A stretch of 64,000 nucleotides of DNA from Candidatus Krumholzibacteriota bacterium (GCA_963764625.1 CAVXTH010000001.1:1-64000); one strand, 5' to 3'. Shown: positions 18,828 to 30,103, counted from the first letter of the stretch. The notes: generated from the letters alone by a model not told the origin. Made by a program: numbers and translations.

Positions 18828-20588
18828 TCACAGTTCGCCGCGGCGCGCGTCCAGATACGAGCGCATCTCCGCCAGTCCACGAGTGTTCAGGACCGCGCGC
18901 TGACTCAGCCAGCCCTTGCGCGCCATGGCCACTCCATAGCGCAGGTCGCTCAGCCCCTCGACGCGATGCGCGTCGGGCCCGATGCTGATCTGGAGTCCCT
19001 TGGCCTCCGCGCGCCGCAAGAGACGCCAGTCCAGATCGAGCCGCCGCGGGTTGGCGTTGAGCTCCACTGCACACTGACTCTGCGCCGCCGCCTCCAGTAC
19101 GATTTCGATATCCACTTCGAAGGGATCGCGGGCGAGCAGGAGTCGTCCGGTGGGATGACCCAGAACGGTGGTGAAAGGATTCCGCACCGCGTGCACGCAC
19201 CGACGGGTCTGCTCGAGTTGGTCCAGGCCGAATCGCGAGTGCACGCTCGCCACCACGAAATCGAATCGCGCCAGCAGATCTTCGTCGTAGTCCAGGGAAC
19301 CATCGACCAGGATGTCACTCTCGATTCCCTTGAAGATGTAGATCCTGTCGAGCCGCTCGTTGAGTTCGTCGATTTCTTCGTGCTGCCGTAGCACCTCGTC
19401 CGGGCTGAGTCCGTGCGCGTAGAACGCGCTCTGGCTGTGGTCGGAAATGCCGATGTACTCCCATCCGAGCGCGCGAGCGCCCAGGGCCATCTCCTCGATC
19501 GTCGCCGCCCCGTCGCTGTAGCGCGAGTGATTGTGCAGAGCACCGCGAAGGTGTTCCGCTTTGACGAGCCGGGGAAGGCGCCCGGCCTCGGCCGCTTGCA
19601 CTTCGCCCCGGTCCTCGCGCAGTTCCGGCGGAATTTCGGCCAGGTCCAGCGCGGCAAAGATCTCGGCCTCGCTCGCACAGAGCACACCATCCTCGGCGGC
19701 CTTCGATTCGAGCGCCCCTTCCATCCGGAAGAGACCGTACTCGTTGAGCTTCAGCCCTTTCTGCTTGGCCCGGCCGCGCATGGCGACGTTGTGTTCCTTG
19801 GAGCCGGTGAAGTAGGCCAGAGCAAAGGGGAACTGCTGCTCGCGCACCACGCGCAGGTCGACCTGCAGACCCTGCTTCAACAGGACCGAACTCTTGCTCG
19901 GACCGCTTCCCACCACGCGCTCCACTTCGTCCAGCGCGCAGAACGCTTCCATGATGCCGGAAGCGTCGTCCTCCGCGGCAATCACGAGCAAATCGATGTC
20001 CTTGACGATTTCCTTGCGGCGCCGAATCGAACCGGCGATCTCGCAGCGCTCCACTCCATTCAATTCCGCGACCCGCTCCCGCATGCGCTCGGCCAACTCC
20101 CAAGCGTCGCTCAACAGGTACTTCCCGCTGAAACGGTGCAGGCGATCGATGCCCTCGAGAATGCGCTTCTGAGTTTTGACTCCGAAGCCGGGGAGCTCGA
20201 CCAAACGATTCTCGTTGCAGGCGTATTCGAGCTCGCCCAGGTTCGCGATGCCGAGCTTCTCGTACAGGACCTGGACTTTCTTGGCCCCCAGTCCGGGGAT
20301 CTTGATGATCTCGAGGAGTCCCGCCGGTACCTGCTGCTTGAGTTCCTTCAGGGTGGGACTTTCGCCGGTGTCCAAGAGCGCCTCGATCTCGCTCAGGAGG
20401 CCCTTGCCCACTCCCTTGAGCTTCGCGAGTTCGCCGCTTTTCAGACCCTCGTTCAGATCGCCCTCGTAGCTGGAAACTACCCGGGCTCCGTTTTGATACG
20501 CGCGCACTTTGAAGGGATTCGCTCCGGAAAGCTCCAGGAGCAGCGCGATTTCTTCCAGGGCAGAGAGGATGTGCTTGCGGTCGACCAT
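18828..20588 (-). CDS. polX: DNA polymerase X / PHP 3'-5' exonuclease
   Basis: GANPFKVRAY, AGSIRRRKEIVKDIDLL, YFTGSKEHN; PHP motifs LHNHSRYSDG, SDHS, GPDAH. Confidence 0.93.
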   Translation of the reverse strand: MVDRKHILSALEEIALLLELSGANPFKVRAYQNGARVVSSYEGDLNEGLKSGELAKLKGVGKGLLSEIEALLDTGESPTLKELKQQVPAGLLEIIKIPGLGAKKVQVLYEKLGIANLGELEYACNENRLVELPGFGVKTQKRILEGIDRLHRFSGKYLLSDAWELAERMRERVAELNGVERCEIAGSIRRRKEIVKDIDLLVIAAEDDASGIMEAFCALDEVERVVGSGPSKSSVLLKQGLQVDLRVVREQQFPFALAYFTGSKEHNVAMRGRAKQKGLKLNEYGLFRMEGALESKAAEDGVLCASEAEIFAALDLAEIPPELREDRGEVQAAEAGRLPRLVKAEHLRGALHNHSRYSDGAATIEEMALGARALGWEYIGISDHSQSAFYAHGLSPDEVLRQHEEIDELNERLDRIYIFKGIESDILVDGSLDYDEDLLARFDFVVASVHSRFGLDQLEQTRRCVHAVRNPFTTVLGHPTGRLLLARDPFEVDIEIVLEAAAQSQCAVELNANPRRLDLDWRLLRRAEAKGLQISIGPDAHRVEGLSDLRYGVAMARKGWLSQRAVLNTRGLAEMRSYLDARRGEL

Positions 20589-20643
20589 ACGACATAGGGT
20601 AGGCCAATCGCCTTTGGCCGCCTACTCGATTCACCGCGGGCTG

Positions 20644-22176
20644 CTACAAATCGAGCGTGATCCCCTGACGCTGCAGCGCGGCCGCAAAATTGATCTTGTC
20701 GACCGCCTTCAAGTAGGCCTCCATCGGCGCGACCTGCTTGCTTTGCACCAGCGCCAGGAGATGGTCGTTGAGGGTCTGCATGCCCTGCTTGCGCGCGGTC
20801 TGCATGGTGTTTTCGATCTGAAAGGTCTTGCCCTCGCGAATGAGATTGCTCACCGACGGCAATCCCAGCAGAATCTCCAGGGCCGCCACGCGCCCGCCGC
20901 CGATCTTCTTGCACAGGGTCTGGGACACCACCGCCCGTAAGCCGTCGGCCAGCATGGTGCGAACCTGCGCTTGACGATCGGCCGGGAACTGGTCGATCAA
21001 ACGGTCCACCGTCGAAGCGGCAGTGGTGGTGTGCAGAGTGCCGAACACCAGGTGGCCGGTCTCCGCCGTCTCGATCGCCATCTCCACCGTCTCCAGATCG
21101 CGCATCTCGCCCACCAGAACGATATCGGGATCTTCCCGCAACGCCGCGCGCAACGCCGTCTTGAACGAACCGGTATGGATGCCCACCTCGCGCTGATTCA
21201 CGTGACACTTCTTGTGACGGTGCACGAACTCGATGGGATCCTCGATGGTGATGATGTGTTCACAGCGGGTGCGGTTGACGATGTCCAGGATGGCGGCCAG
21301 GGTCGTACTCTTACCACTCCCGGTGGGTCCGGTGGCCAACACCAGTCCCCGGTTCAGACGCGCCAGCTCCTGAATGATCGGCGGCAGTCCCAGCTGGTCG
21401 GCGGAGATGACCTCGTTGGGAATGGCACGCATCACCGCGCCAGGACCCACGCGGTCACAGAAGAGATTCACCCGAAAGCGGCTGAGGTCCTCGATCGCGT
21501 AGGCGAAGTCGGTGTCGAATGTGTGCAGGTACTCGTTGCGATTGCGTTGGGGAGTGATGCTGAAGAGCAGCTGGGTCATGTGCTCGGGCGGAATCGCCTC
21601 CTTGCCCTCCAGGGGCACGATGCTGCCGTCGATGCGCAGGATCGGCCCGCGCTGGCAGCTCAGGTGCAGATCGCTCGCGCCGCGCGCCACCATCTCGCGC
21701 AGAAGTCCGTCCATCTCCTGGCGGAATTCGGGGGGGATGTTGCCCGGAATTCCGTTCGTCCCGGTTTCGAGTTCCGCGCCGCTCAGATCCACCGGAACCG
21801 GGTGCGCGACACCGAAAGATACGGGGCCCAAAACCTGGGGGGAGGCGGCGCCGGGACTATCGACCGACGCGGAAAGAGTGGCGGCCCACAGACGCGCCAC
21901 CACTTTGCCCGCCTCTTCTTCCAGCACTCCCTCGTAGTGCTTCCCCTCCAATTCGTAGTGGAAGTTCGCGCTTTTATTGCGGCGGAACGACTCGATGTGC
22001 TCCGGCCCGGCGATCTCGCTCACCAACGAGGTGATCTGCTCACTGGCCAGGACCTGTTGGCTCACCGGCTTGTGATCCCCGTCGATGCGAAACGAGGCGG
22101 GACTGTCCGCCGTGAGGACCAGAGCGTCGGCCTTGTAGTGCTCCATGGCCGAAAGGAATCGGTCGAGTTGAGGCAT
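20644..22176 (-). CDS. pilT: PilT/PilU type IV pilus retraction ATPase with duplicated N-terminal domain
   Basis: GPTGSGKSTT, TIEDPIEF, ALREDPDIVLVGEMRD, AETGHLVFGTLHT, NLIREGK. Confidence 0.9.
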   Translation of the reverse strand: MPQLDRFLSAMEHYKADALVLTADSPASFRIDGDHKPVSQQVLASEQITSLVSEIAGPEHIESFRRNKSANFHYELEGKHYEGVLEEEAGKVVARLWAATLSASVDSPGAASPQVLGPVSFGVAHPVPVDLSGAELETGTNGIPGNIPPEFRQEMDGLLREMVARGASDLHLSCQRGPILRIDGSIVPLEGKEAIPPEHMTQLLFSITPQRNRNEYLHTFDTDFAYAIEDLSRFRVNLFCDRVGPGAVMRAIPNEVISADQLGLPPIIQELARLNRGLVLATGPTGSGKSTTLAAILDIVNRTRCEHIITIEDPIEFVHRHKKCHVNQREVGIHTGSFKTALRAALREDPDIVLVGEMRDLETVEMAIETAETGHLVFGTLHTTTAASTVDRLIDQFPADRQAQVRTMLADGLRAVVSQTLCKKIGGGRVAALEILLGLPSVSNLIREGKTFQIENTMQTARKQGMQTLNDHLLALVQSKQVAPMEAYLKAVDKINFAAALQRQGITLDL

Positions 22177-22500
22177 GGTGATCTCCGCGATGCGAGGGCT
22201 GGGCCTGGGAATGCGAACGCCGGGCGGCGGGCCCACGGTGCAGATTTACGACGAATCGCGCTGAGAGCAGCACCGCCCGGGATGGGCGCTTCCTGCAAGG
22301 CGGAGACCAGTCCCCTCGCGCGGCGGGAGTGCAAACAGCACAGATGCTAAGTGCTTCATGAAGCCTGAGTTAAGAGCTCGTCTGCGAGCCGGAGTCTGCC
22401 GGCGACCCCATGTCGGCTCAAACCGGCACGGGCAAGGCGCACGTAAGCGGGGAGATTTGGAAGGAGCGGGCCGCGAAATGGGCGACGGAGACCCTCGCGC

Positions 22501-23151
22501 TCAGACGCTTCGGGCGCGAATCTCGGCCTCGACCCGGGCACCGAGCTGGGAATCCAGGTCCTTGTCGGCTTCCGCGTGCGGAGCCTCGACCGGGCTCGCC
22601 GCGGCCCGCGCCTGCAGCTTGCGGCGCGAATTGCGCCGAATCCACCCCATCGCCCACCACAGTCCGAGCAGGATCGCGGCCAGCGGAGCCACCCACACCA
22701 GGATCGCCGTCCCGTGGAACGGCGGACTTCCCATGATCTCGTCCCCGAAGGTGGCGACCATGTAGGAACTGATGTCCTTCTCGGTGTGGCCCTCGAACAC
22801 CCATTCGCGCAGGTCGGCCCGTAGCAACTCGGCCCCACTGGACCCGCACGAACCCAGGGTGAGACCGGGGCAATAGGGGCTCATGTAGAGACCCTTCAGG
22901 TGCTGGTAGAGGTGTTCACTCGCCGCTTCGCTGCGCTGGACCAATCTGCCGGTGGGACCGGGGCCGGTCTTGGATACGTTCATGTGGTGGTGGGCCGGGG
23001 GCTGGTCGGCCGGGGGCGTTTGCGTGGCCACAGTACTCTGCGCCACCGCGCTCAGAGGCAAGCACCAGAGAAGCGCCAGCACCAAGAGGAGCGCGCACAG
23101 GGCGCGGGGGGGGCGGGCGGAGCGTGGAGCAAGCTTCGATCGGACTCGCAT
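22501..23151 (-). CDS. CcmH/NrfF-like cytochrome c biogenesis protein
   Basis: Signal peptide, SPYCPGLTLGSC, ..FGDEIMGSPPFHG..LVWVAP transmembrane segment. Confidence 0.7.
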   Translation of the reverse strand: MRVRSKLAPRSARPPRALCALLLVLALLWCLPLSAVAQSTVATQTPPADQPPAHHHMNVSKTGPGPTGRLVQRSEAASEHLYQHLKGLYMSPYCPGLTLGSCGSSGAELLRADLREWVFEGHTEKDISSYMVATFGDEIMGSPPFHGTAILVWVAPLAAILLGLWWAMGWIRRNSRRKLQARAAASPVEAPHAEADKDLDSQLGARVEAEIRARSV

Positions 23152-23346
23152 GGCGGTCTCCGGACTGCAGGAGGATCTCAAGGCCCACGATAGGCACGAA
23201 CCCTTCGGCCGTGCAACTTCCAGACAGAACTCTCGCCCTGACCGTTGTCGCCGCACCCGCCACAGGATACACTCTTTCTTCACATTCCACCCCGATCCGC
23301 ACCTTCGGGCCAACGAGGACCGCGAGCCGACCAGAGGAACCCCATC

Positions 23347-24969
23347 ATGCGTTTCGTGCTGACCTACGAGGGCCAGATCCACCACGCCGATCTCGACGAG
23401 GGCACCCATCTCGTGGGCCGCGGCCCAGACACCGACCTGCAGATTCCGGTGCGGACGGTGAGCGGACACCACGCCCGCCTGCGCATCGAAGGCGAACGCG
23501 TCTTCATCGAGGATCTGGGTTCCACCAACGGCACCGATATCGACGGCGCGACCCTCACCCCCGCCCAGGGCGAAGTGGAACTCCCCAGCGGACGCACGGT
23601 GCGCTTCGCGGGCGTGCCTCTGTGGCGCGAGGAGAACTCCTCCGGCGAACCGCCACAGGATACGCACACGGGCGCCTCGATCATGACCCGACTGAGCGCG
23701 GACGAAGGCCTGCTCACGCGCTCCTTGTTTCAAGTGGGGCAGCAGGGCTTCAGCGAGAGAGCGCAGACCCGCATCACGCAGATGCTCGGCAGCCTCTTCG
23801 AGCTCATCGCCAGCGATGAGTCCGATCAGGAGATGGGCATCCGTGCCTGTCATTTCGTGAGCCATTGGGTGGACGCGGATCGCGTCGTCCTTCTGGAAGA
23901 TTCAGGGGAGGGCACCATGCCCGAACCAACCGCACAGTGGCTTCGCGGCGAAGACGGCGGCGAGCGTCTGCGTCTGTCCAACACCCTGGTGGACAAAGTG
24001 CTCAACGATCACGCCGCGGTTCTGGTGAGCGACGCTTCGGCCGACGCCAATTTCAAGGCCAGCGAGAGCATCGTGGCCCTCAATCTGCGCAGCGCGATGG
24101 CAGCGCCGCTCTTCGACAACCAAAGGGTGCGGGGGATCCTCTATGTCGACTCCGCGCGCAGCGGCATTCGTTACGGTGAGGACGAGTTGCAGGTGCTCAG
24201 CGCGACGGCCAACGCGGTCGCGGTGAAGATGCGCAACCAGAGTCTGGAAAAGGAGATTCGTACCGCGGCCCGCATCCAGACCGCGATGCTCCCCGAGGAG
24301 CTGCCCGAGCTTCCCGGTTTCGAGCTTCTGGCCCATCTGGACATGTGCCGCGGCGTGGGCGGCGATCTCTATACTTTCCTGCCCCGCAAGAATGGCTCCA
24401 CCCTGGTCGCTCTGGGCGACGTGACCGGCAAGGGGACTCCGGCCGCCCTGGCCATGTCCGCCTGTATGGTGTTGCTCTCGGCCCTGGCCGAAATTCTGGA
24501 GGATCTCGAGCAGCTCGGCGATGTGTTGCACCGCAAACTGTACGAGAGTCTGTCGGCCGAACAGTTCGTCACCCTCTTCGCTGGCGACCTCGATCCCCAG
24601 AGCGGAACGCTGGTGTACCTCAACGCGGGACACGAACCTCCTCTGGTGGTCCGCGAGGACGGCACCATCGACGAGTGCCCTTCGGCCGGGCAGCCCATGG
24701 GGCTATTGCCGACGAACTCGGTGGGGAAGCAGGAGATGCAGTTCCGCGCCGGCGATCTGATGGCCATCTTCAGCGACGGGATTCCCGAGGCCACGCGCGA
24801 CGGCGAAAACCTCATGGGTCTGGACGTGGTGAAGGATCTCCTGAAGGAGATGCGCAACGCGCCGCTCGGAGACATCCGCGACGCGATCCTGAAGAAAGTC
24901 ACCGATTACTTGGCCGGACGCCACTCCTCGGACGACATCACGCTGATTCTGTTGCGGAGAAACGCTTAG
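23347..24969 (+). CDS. FHA-GAF-SpoIIE (PP2C) protein phosphatase
   Basis: FHA (GR..VSGHHA..DLGSTNGT), GAF (LRSAMAAPL..GILYVDS), PP2C (VGGDLY, GDVTGKG, NAGH, FSDGIPE, DDITL). Confidence 0.9.
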   Translation: MRFVLTYEGQIHHADLDEGTHLVGRGPDTDLQIPVRTVSGHHARLRIEGERVFIEDLGSTNGTDIDGATLTPAQGEVELPSGRTVRFAGVPLWREENSSGEPPQDTHTGASIMTRLSADEGLLTRSLFQVGQQGFSERAQTRITQMLGSLFELIASDESDQEMGIRACHFVSHWVDADRVVLLEDSGEGTMPEPTAQWLRGEDGGERLRLSNTLVDKVLNDHAAVLVSDASADANFKASESIVALNLRSAMAAPLFDNQRVRGILYVDSARSGIRYGEDELQVLSATANAVAVKMRNQSLEKEIRTAARIQTAMLPEELPELPGFELLAHLDMCRGVGGDLYTFLPRKNGSTLVALGDVTGKGTPAALAMSACMVLLSALAEILEDLEQLGDVLHRKLYESLSAEQFVTLFAGDLDPQSGTLVYLNAGHEPPLVVREDGTIDECPSAGQPMGLLPTNSVGKQEMQFRAGDLMAIFSDGIPEATRDGENLMGLDVVKDLLKEMRNAPLGDIRDAILKKVTDYLAGRHSSDDITLILLRRNA

Positions 24970-25292
24970 TCCCAGATCCCCAGGAACGCCTTCGCGTCCT
25001 CGTTGCAGTGCGTCTTGGGATCCCACGGCGGGCTCCACACGAGCTCGACTTCGACCTCACGCACGTCGGGAATCTGCGCGGCCATCATCTGCACCCCACT
25101 GACGATCTCCGGACCCATGGGACACATCTGGCTGGTGAGAGTCATGATGACCTTGAGCTTGTGCTCCTGCGGTTCCCACTCGTGACCGTAGATGAGCCCC
25201 AGGTCGACGATGCTCAGGCCGATCTCGGGATCCTTCACCGGCAACAACTGGGTCTTAACTTCGTCGAAATCGATGTTGCGTACCTCGTTCAC
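24966..25292 (-). CDS. sufT: DUF59/SufT Fe-S cluster assembly factor
   Basis: DPEIGLSIVDLGLIY, MTLTSQMCPMG, VWSPPW. Confidence 0.88.
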   Translation of the reverse strand: MNEVRNIDFDEVKTQLLPVKDPEIGLSIVDLGLIYGHEWEPQEHKLKVIMTLTSQMCPMGPEIVSGVQMMAAQIPDVREVEVELVWSPPWDPKTHCNEDAKAFLGIWD

Positions 25293-25816
25293 ACCGGCCT
25301 CTTTTCGTCTTGCTCGTCGTGGACCATGTTGGGACGCATTCCGAACTGTGGATTCTCGGTGGTGCTGGGCTTGGCGTGCTCGCCATGTTCGTAGGCGTCG
25401 ATCGCATCGAGCAGGGTGGTCCAGGGAAGCAGCGCGCACTTGATCCGCACCGGAAACTTCTGCACCCCTTCGAGCGCTTCGAGGTCGCCCAGATCGAAAT
25501 CTTCGGGGTGAATATCCCCGTGCATCATGCGCTTGAAATTCTCCGCCAGCTCGCGCGCTTGCTGCAGAGTCTTGTCTCGTAGAAGCTCCGCCAGCATGGA
25601 TCCCGAGGAAACGCTGATGGAACATCCGCGCCCCAGACTGTGGACGCCGACGATCCTGCCATCCACAATGCGCAGGCCGACTTTCACCTCGTCCCCACAC
25701 ACCGGGTTGAAGCCCTCGTTCTCGACGTCGTAGCGATCGAGCGGGCAGTGTCCGCGCGGATTCTTGTAGTGGTCGAGCACTACTTCGCGATACATCCCGT
25801 CCAATGCGTCATTCAT
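25289..25816 (-). CDS. sufU: SUF system NifU-family sulfur transfer protein
   Basis: YREVVLDHYKNPR, NPVCGD, GCSISVSS, PVRIKCALL. Confidence 0.92.
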   Translation of the reverse strand: MNDALDGMYREVVLDHYKNPRGHCPLDRYDVENEGFNPVCGDEVKVGLRIVDGRIVGVHSLGRGCSISVSSGSMLAELLRDKTLQQARELAENFKRMMHGDIHPEDFDLGDLEALEGVQKFPVRIKCALLPWTTLLDAIDAYEHGEHAKPSTTENPQFGMRPNMVHDEQDEKRPV

Positions 25817-27080
25817 GACCAAAATACTTCCGGCATTCGTGCAGCGCGGCGGCGAGAGCATCCACGTCGTCGCGGTCGTTATAACAGTGAAAGGAGGCGC
25901 GCGCGGTCGCAACCACGCCCAGGCGCCGCATCAGCGGTTGCGCGCAGTGATGTCCGGCGCGAATCGCCACTCCGTGGGTATCGACGATGGTCGAGAGATC
26001 GTGCGGATGGACGTTCTTGTCGTGGAAAGTCACCACGCCCGCGCCGCGCGAGACATCCGCGGGACCGAAGAGGCGGAAGCCGCCCATCTCTTCCAGGGTT
26101 TTCCGCGCGTACACGGTGAGCGCTTCCTCGTGCCGCGCCAGTTTGTCGTATCCCAGTCGTTCCAGGTACTCGATCGCCGCCCCGAACGCCACCACTCCCG
26201 CGATGTTGGGAGTGCCCGCTTCGAATTTCCAGGGCAGATCGTTGTAGGTGGCCCGGTCGAGGAAGACCTCGCGAATCATCTCTCCCCCGCCGAGGAAAGG
26301 ATCCATTTCCTCGAGCAACTCCGGCCGCGCCCACAGCACTCCCACCCCGGTGGGTCCCAGCATCTTGTGGGCGCTGAAGGCGTAGGCGTCGACTCCGAGT
26401 TCCTGAAGGTCCACTCTCATGTGGGGCACCGCTTGCGCACCGTCCACCACCACGATGGCCCCGGCTGCGTGCGCTGCCGCGGCCATTTCCTGGATCGGGT
26501 TCACCGTGCCCAGCACGTTCGATTTGTGCGTGATCGCGAGCAATTTGGTGCGGTGGTTGAGCAGCTTGCGAAACGCCTCGAGATCGAGCAGGCCTTCGGG
26601 CGTGATGGGGATCACGCGCAGGGTGGCGCCCGTCACCCGCGCGGCCTCGATCCAGGGAATGAGATTGCTATGGTGCTCCATCTCGCTGATGAGGATCTCG
26701 TCCCCTTTGGCCAGGCGCGGACGCGCCCACGAATACGCCATGAGATTGAGCGATTCGGTCGCGTTGCGGGTGAACACCACGCCGCTGCGCGGTACCCCCC
26801 CCATCAACTTCGCGACGCGATCGCGCACCCCCTCGTAGGCCTGAGTGGCCTCTTCGCCGAGGGTGTGGATGGCACGGTGCACGTTCGCGTTGCTATGTGA
26901 GTAGTAGTGCTGCAGAGCATCCAGAACGCTCTGTGGCTTCTGGGTGGTGGCGGCGTTATCGAGGTAGACCAGACGCTGCCCATTCACTCTGCGCGCGAGG
27001 ATCGGGAAGTCCTCGCGAATGCGCGCCACGTCGAGGGGAGCTTGCTGCGCGCTCGTGGCCACCGAAGGCTTGGGCATCAT
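25809..27080 (-). CDS. sufS: Cysteine desulfurase
   Basis: YLDNAATTQKP, DGAQ, SAHKMLGPTG, IRAGHHCA. Confidence 0.95.
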   Translation of the reverse strand: MMPKPSVATSAQQAPLDVARIREDFPILARRVNGQRLVYLDNAATTQKPQSVLDALQHYYSHSNANVHRAIHTLGEEATQAYEGVRDRVAKLMGGVPRSGVVFTRNATESLNLMAYSWARPRLAKGDEILISEMEHHSNLIPWIEAARVTGATLRVIPITPEGLLDLEAFRKLLNHRTKLLAITHKSNVLGTVNPIQEMAAAAHAAGAIVVVDGAQAVPHMRVDLQELGVDAYAFSAHKMLGPTGVGVLWARPELLEEMDPFLGGGEMIREVFLDRATYNDLPWKFEAGTPNIAGVVAFGAAIEYLERLGYDKLARHEEALTVYARKTLEEMGGFRLFGPADVSRGAGVVTFHDKNVHPHDLSTIVDTHGVAIRAGHHCAQPLMRRLGVVATARASFHCYNDRDDVDALAAALHECRKYFGHE

Positions 27081-27397
27081 CAGTCACTCTCGATTTCCAC
27101 GAAGATCTCACCCTTGTCGACTTTGACCTTGAAGCTCTCGACCGCGGCGGCGGCGGGCATGCGGGTGACGTGGCCGTCGCGCACGTCGAAGCGCGCGCCG
27201 TGCCGCGGACATTCGATTTCGAAATCCTTCAGAGAGCCCTCGCCCAGAGGCGCGCCGTCGTGGGTGCAGACATCCTCGATGGCGTAGTATCTCTCCCCGA
27301 TGTGGCAGATGGCCACGCGCAGTTCTCCCAACTCGTAGGATCGGGTCTGGCCATCGGCGATGTCTTCCGTCTTGGCCACGCGGACGAACTCTGCCAT
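27080..27397 (-). CDS. Rieske-type ferredoxin
   Basis: CTHD..ECPRHGARFD Rieske motif. Confidence 0.92.
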   Translation of the reverse strand: MAEFVRVAKTEDIADGQTRSYELGELRVAICHIGERYYAIEDVCTHDGAPLGEGSLKDFEIECPRHGARFDVRDGHVTRMPAAAAVESFKVKVDKGEIFVEIESD

Positions 27398-27398
27398 G

Positions 27399-28628
27399 TC
27401 AAATCTCCTGCAGACGTGAGTCGAGCTCCCTGCGAAGCGGATCCTGTAGCTTCGCGGGAACTTTCTGAAGAATGGCCTCGAGGAAGCCGCGAACGATCTG
27501 CCGGACCGCCTCTTTCTCGGGAATGCCACGACTCATGAGATAGAACAGCTCGTCGGGATCGACTTGTCCCACCGTGGCGCCGTGGCTGCACTGCACTTCG
27601 TCGACCTTGATCTCGAGCTCGGGAATGCTCTCCGCCTGCGCCTTGTCGCTCAGAAGCAGATTGTGGTTCGTCTGATACGCGCTGCTGAACGGAGCTTCCT
27701 TCTCGATCGTGATGTTGCCGGTGTAGGCGCTGCGCGCGCGACCGGTGACGACGGCCTTGAAGTCGAGATTGCTGTTGGTGTGCGGGGCCGTGTGATGGTG
27801 CACCGTGTGGTGATCGAAGGCCTGACGGCCGCTGCCGAAGAGCAGACCGATCGTCTCCACCTCGCTGCCCTCGCCGGCCAGCAGAGTGCCCGTGTCCAGC
27901 TTCATGGTCTTGGCGCCCAGGCTCAGCATCGAGGACAGCGCGCGAGCATCCTTGCCCAGGCTTTAGGCGGTGACTCAGGTGCGCGATGGTCTTTGGCTCC
28001 ATGGTCTGCACCAGCAAGTACTTGAGCCGGGAAGAAGAGCCCGTGAAGATCTCGGTCACTCCGTAGACGTGGTGAGGTGCCGCGTCGTGATGCCGCTCCA
28101 CCAGGGTCACTGCCGCGCGCTCGCCGATGAGGGCCAGAACCCGGCGGGCTCCGGCGCTGGATTCGGCGAAGTCGAGCGTCAGCTCCTCCTCGAGCTCGAC
28201 CCCCTTGGGCACGTACAGGAACACCCCGTGCTGCCACAGCGCAACGTTCAGCGCTTCGAAGCGGCCGAAGGAAGAACCCACCAAGGCGCCGAGGTGCTGC
28301 TGCACCAGAGCTCCGTGCTCGGGATGCGCCGCCGCTTCCTGAAGGAGCAACAAACTGACGCCTTTTCCCGCGCTTCGGAGGTCAAGGTCGGCGTCGGGGT
28401 TGGCGTGGTCTTCGAGTGCTTCCCGTTCCAGAAAGCCTCGCTAGGCTCGAACTCACTCGGATCGCTGTAGCGCCAGAGGTGCTGCGCGCGATCGGGAGGG
28501 GAACCCTGAAGAAAGAGATCGAGGGCCTCAGCCCGGCTCTTCCTGAGCCAGGCGGGTTCCTCGCGCGACCGCGAGAACTCCTCGAGCTCCTCGTGGCTAC
28601 AGATGGGCTTGACGAGAGACTGTGGCAT
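27399..28628 (-). CDS. sufD: Fe-S assembly protein SufD, split over three frames (shifts near 28350 and 27950)
   Basis: EPAWLRKSR..WRYSD; FEALNVALWQHGVFLYVP; NLLLSDKA..PELEIKVDEVQCSHGATVG. Confidence 0.85.
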
Positions 28629-28673
28629 CGTGATTCCTGCTGCGGATTTCCTCGAGAGTTTCGTCGGGCGGGC

Positions 28674-30101
28674 TCAGCCCACCGATCCTTCCATTTCCAT
28701 TTCGATCAAACGGTTCAGTTCGACCGCGTATTCCATGGGTAGCTCCTTCGTGAACGGCTCGATGAATCCGTTGACGATGAGAAGCCGCGCTTCCTGGGCG
28801 CTGATCCCGCGGCTCATGAGATAGAAGAGCTGTTCGTCGCCCACCTTCGACACGCGTGCCTCGTGCTCCACCTGTACGCGCTCACCGCGCACTTCCATGG
28901 TGGGATAGGTGTCGCTGCGACTGTCCCCGTCCAGGAGCAGCGCGTCGCACTCGACCGAGACTTTGCAGTCGGTGGCGCCGGGATGGACTTTCACCAGCCC
29001 GCGATAACTCGAGCGCCCGCCATCCTTGGAAATCGACTTGGAGGTCACGGTAGAGGTAGTGTGCGGCGCGGCGTGAATCACTTTGCTGCCCGCGTCCTGA
29101 TGCTGACCCTCGCCCGCGAACGCAACCGAGAGAATCTCACCCTTCGCCCCTTCACCCATCAGATAGATGCAGGGGAATTTCATGGTGAGCTTGCTGCCGA
29201 TGTTTCCGTCCACCCATTCCACGGTGGCGTTCTTGTGCGCCACCGCGCGCTTGGTGACCAGATTGTAGATGTTGTTCGACCAGTTCTGGATGGTGGTGTA
29301 GCGGATGTAGGCGCCTTCGAGCGCGAGGAGCTCGACCACCGCGGAGTGCAGCGAGTCGGTGCTGTAGTTGGGCGCGGTACAGCCCTCGATGTAGTGCACG
29401 CGGCTACCCTCGTCGGCGATGATGAGGGTGCGCTCGAATTGCCCCGCGTTCTCCGCGTTGATTCGAAAGTACGCCTGCAGGGGAATCTCCACCTCGACTC
29501 CGGGGGGCACGTAGATGAAGCTGCCGCCGGACCACACCGCGGAGTTCAGAGCCGCGAACTTGTTGTCCTCGGGCGGAATCACGGTGGCGAAATACTTCTT
29601 CACGATCTTGGGATGGCGCTTGAGGCCCTCGTCCATGCCGAAGAACAGGATGCCCTGTTCCTCCAGCTCCTTCTTCACCGAGTGATAGACGACCTCACTC
29701 TCGTACTGCGCGCTCACGCCGGCCAGGAACTTGCGCTCGGCTTCGGGAATGCCCAAACGGTCGAAGGTCTTCTTGATGTTCGCCGGAACGTCGTCCCAGG
29801 TCTTGCCCTGCATCGCCATGGGCTTGATGTAGTAGTAGATGTTGTCGAAGTCGATCTCGCCGAGTTCCCTGGTGTTGCCCCAGGTGGGCATGGGCTTGGC
29901 CAGATAGACGTCCAGCGCGCTATGGCGGAACTTGCGCATCCAGTCGGGCTCTTCCTTCATGCGGCTTATCATCTCCACCACTTCGTGGTTCAAGCCGCGC
30001 GCGCCCTTGTGAAAATATTCCTCGGGATCGTGGAATCCGTACTTTTCCGCGTAGTCGTCGCGAATGCCCGCGCCACGCTCGCTCGCGATTGGCGTATCCA
30101 T
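28674..30101 (-). CDS. sufB: Fe-S assembly protein SufB
   Basis: [47 protein letters not shown]. Confidence 0.97.
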   Translation of the reverse strand: MDTPIASERGAGIRDDYAEKYGFHDPEEYFHKGARGLNHEVVEMISRMKEEPDWMRKFRHSALDVYLAKPMPTWGNTRELGEIDFDNIYYYIKPMAMQGKTWDDVPANIKKTFDRLGIPEAERKFLAGVSAQYESEVVYHSVKKELEEQGILFFGMDEGLKRHPKIVKKYFATVIPPEDNKFAALNSAVWSGGSFIYVPPGVEVEIPLQAYFRINAENAGQFERTLIIADEGSRVHYIEGCTAPNYSTDSLHSAVVELLALEGAYIRYTTIQNWSNNIYNLVTKRAVAHKNATVEWVDGNIGSKLTMKFPCIYLMGEGAKGEILSVAFAGEGQHQDAGSKVIHAAPHTTSTVTSKSISKDGGRSSYRGLVKVHPGATDCKVSVECDALLLDGDSRSDTYPTMEVRGERVQVEHEARVSKVGDEQLFYLMSRGISAQEARLLIVNGFIEPFTKELPMEYAVELNRLIEMEMEGSVG

Positions 30102-30103
30102 GG

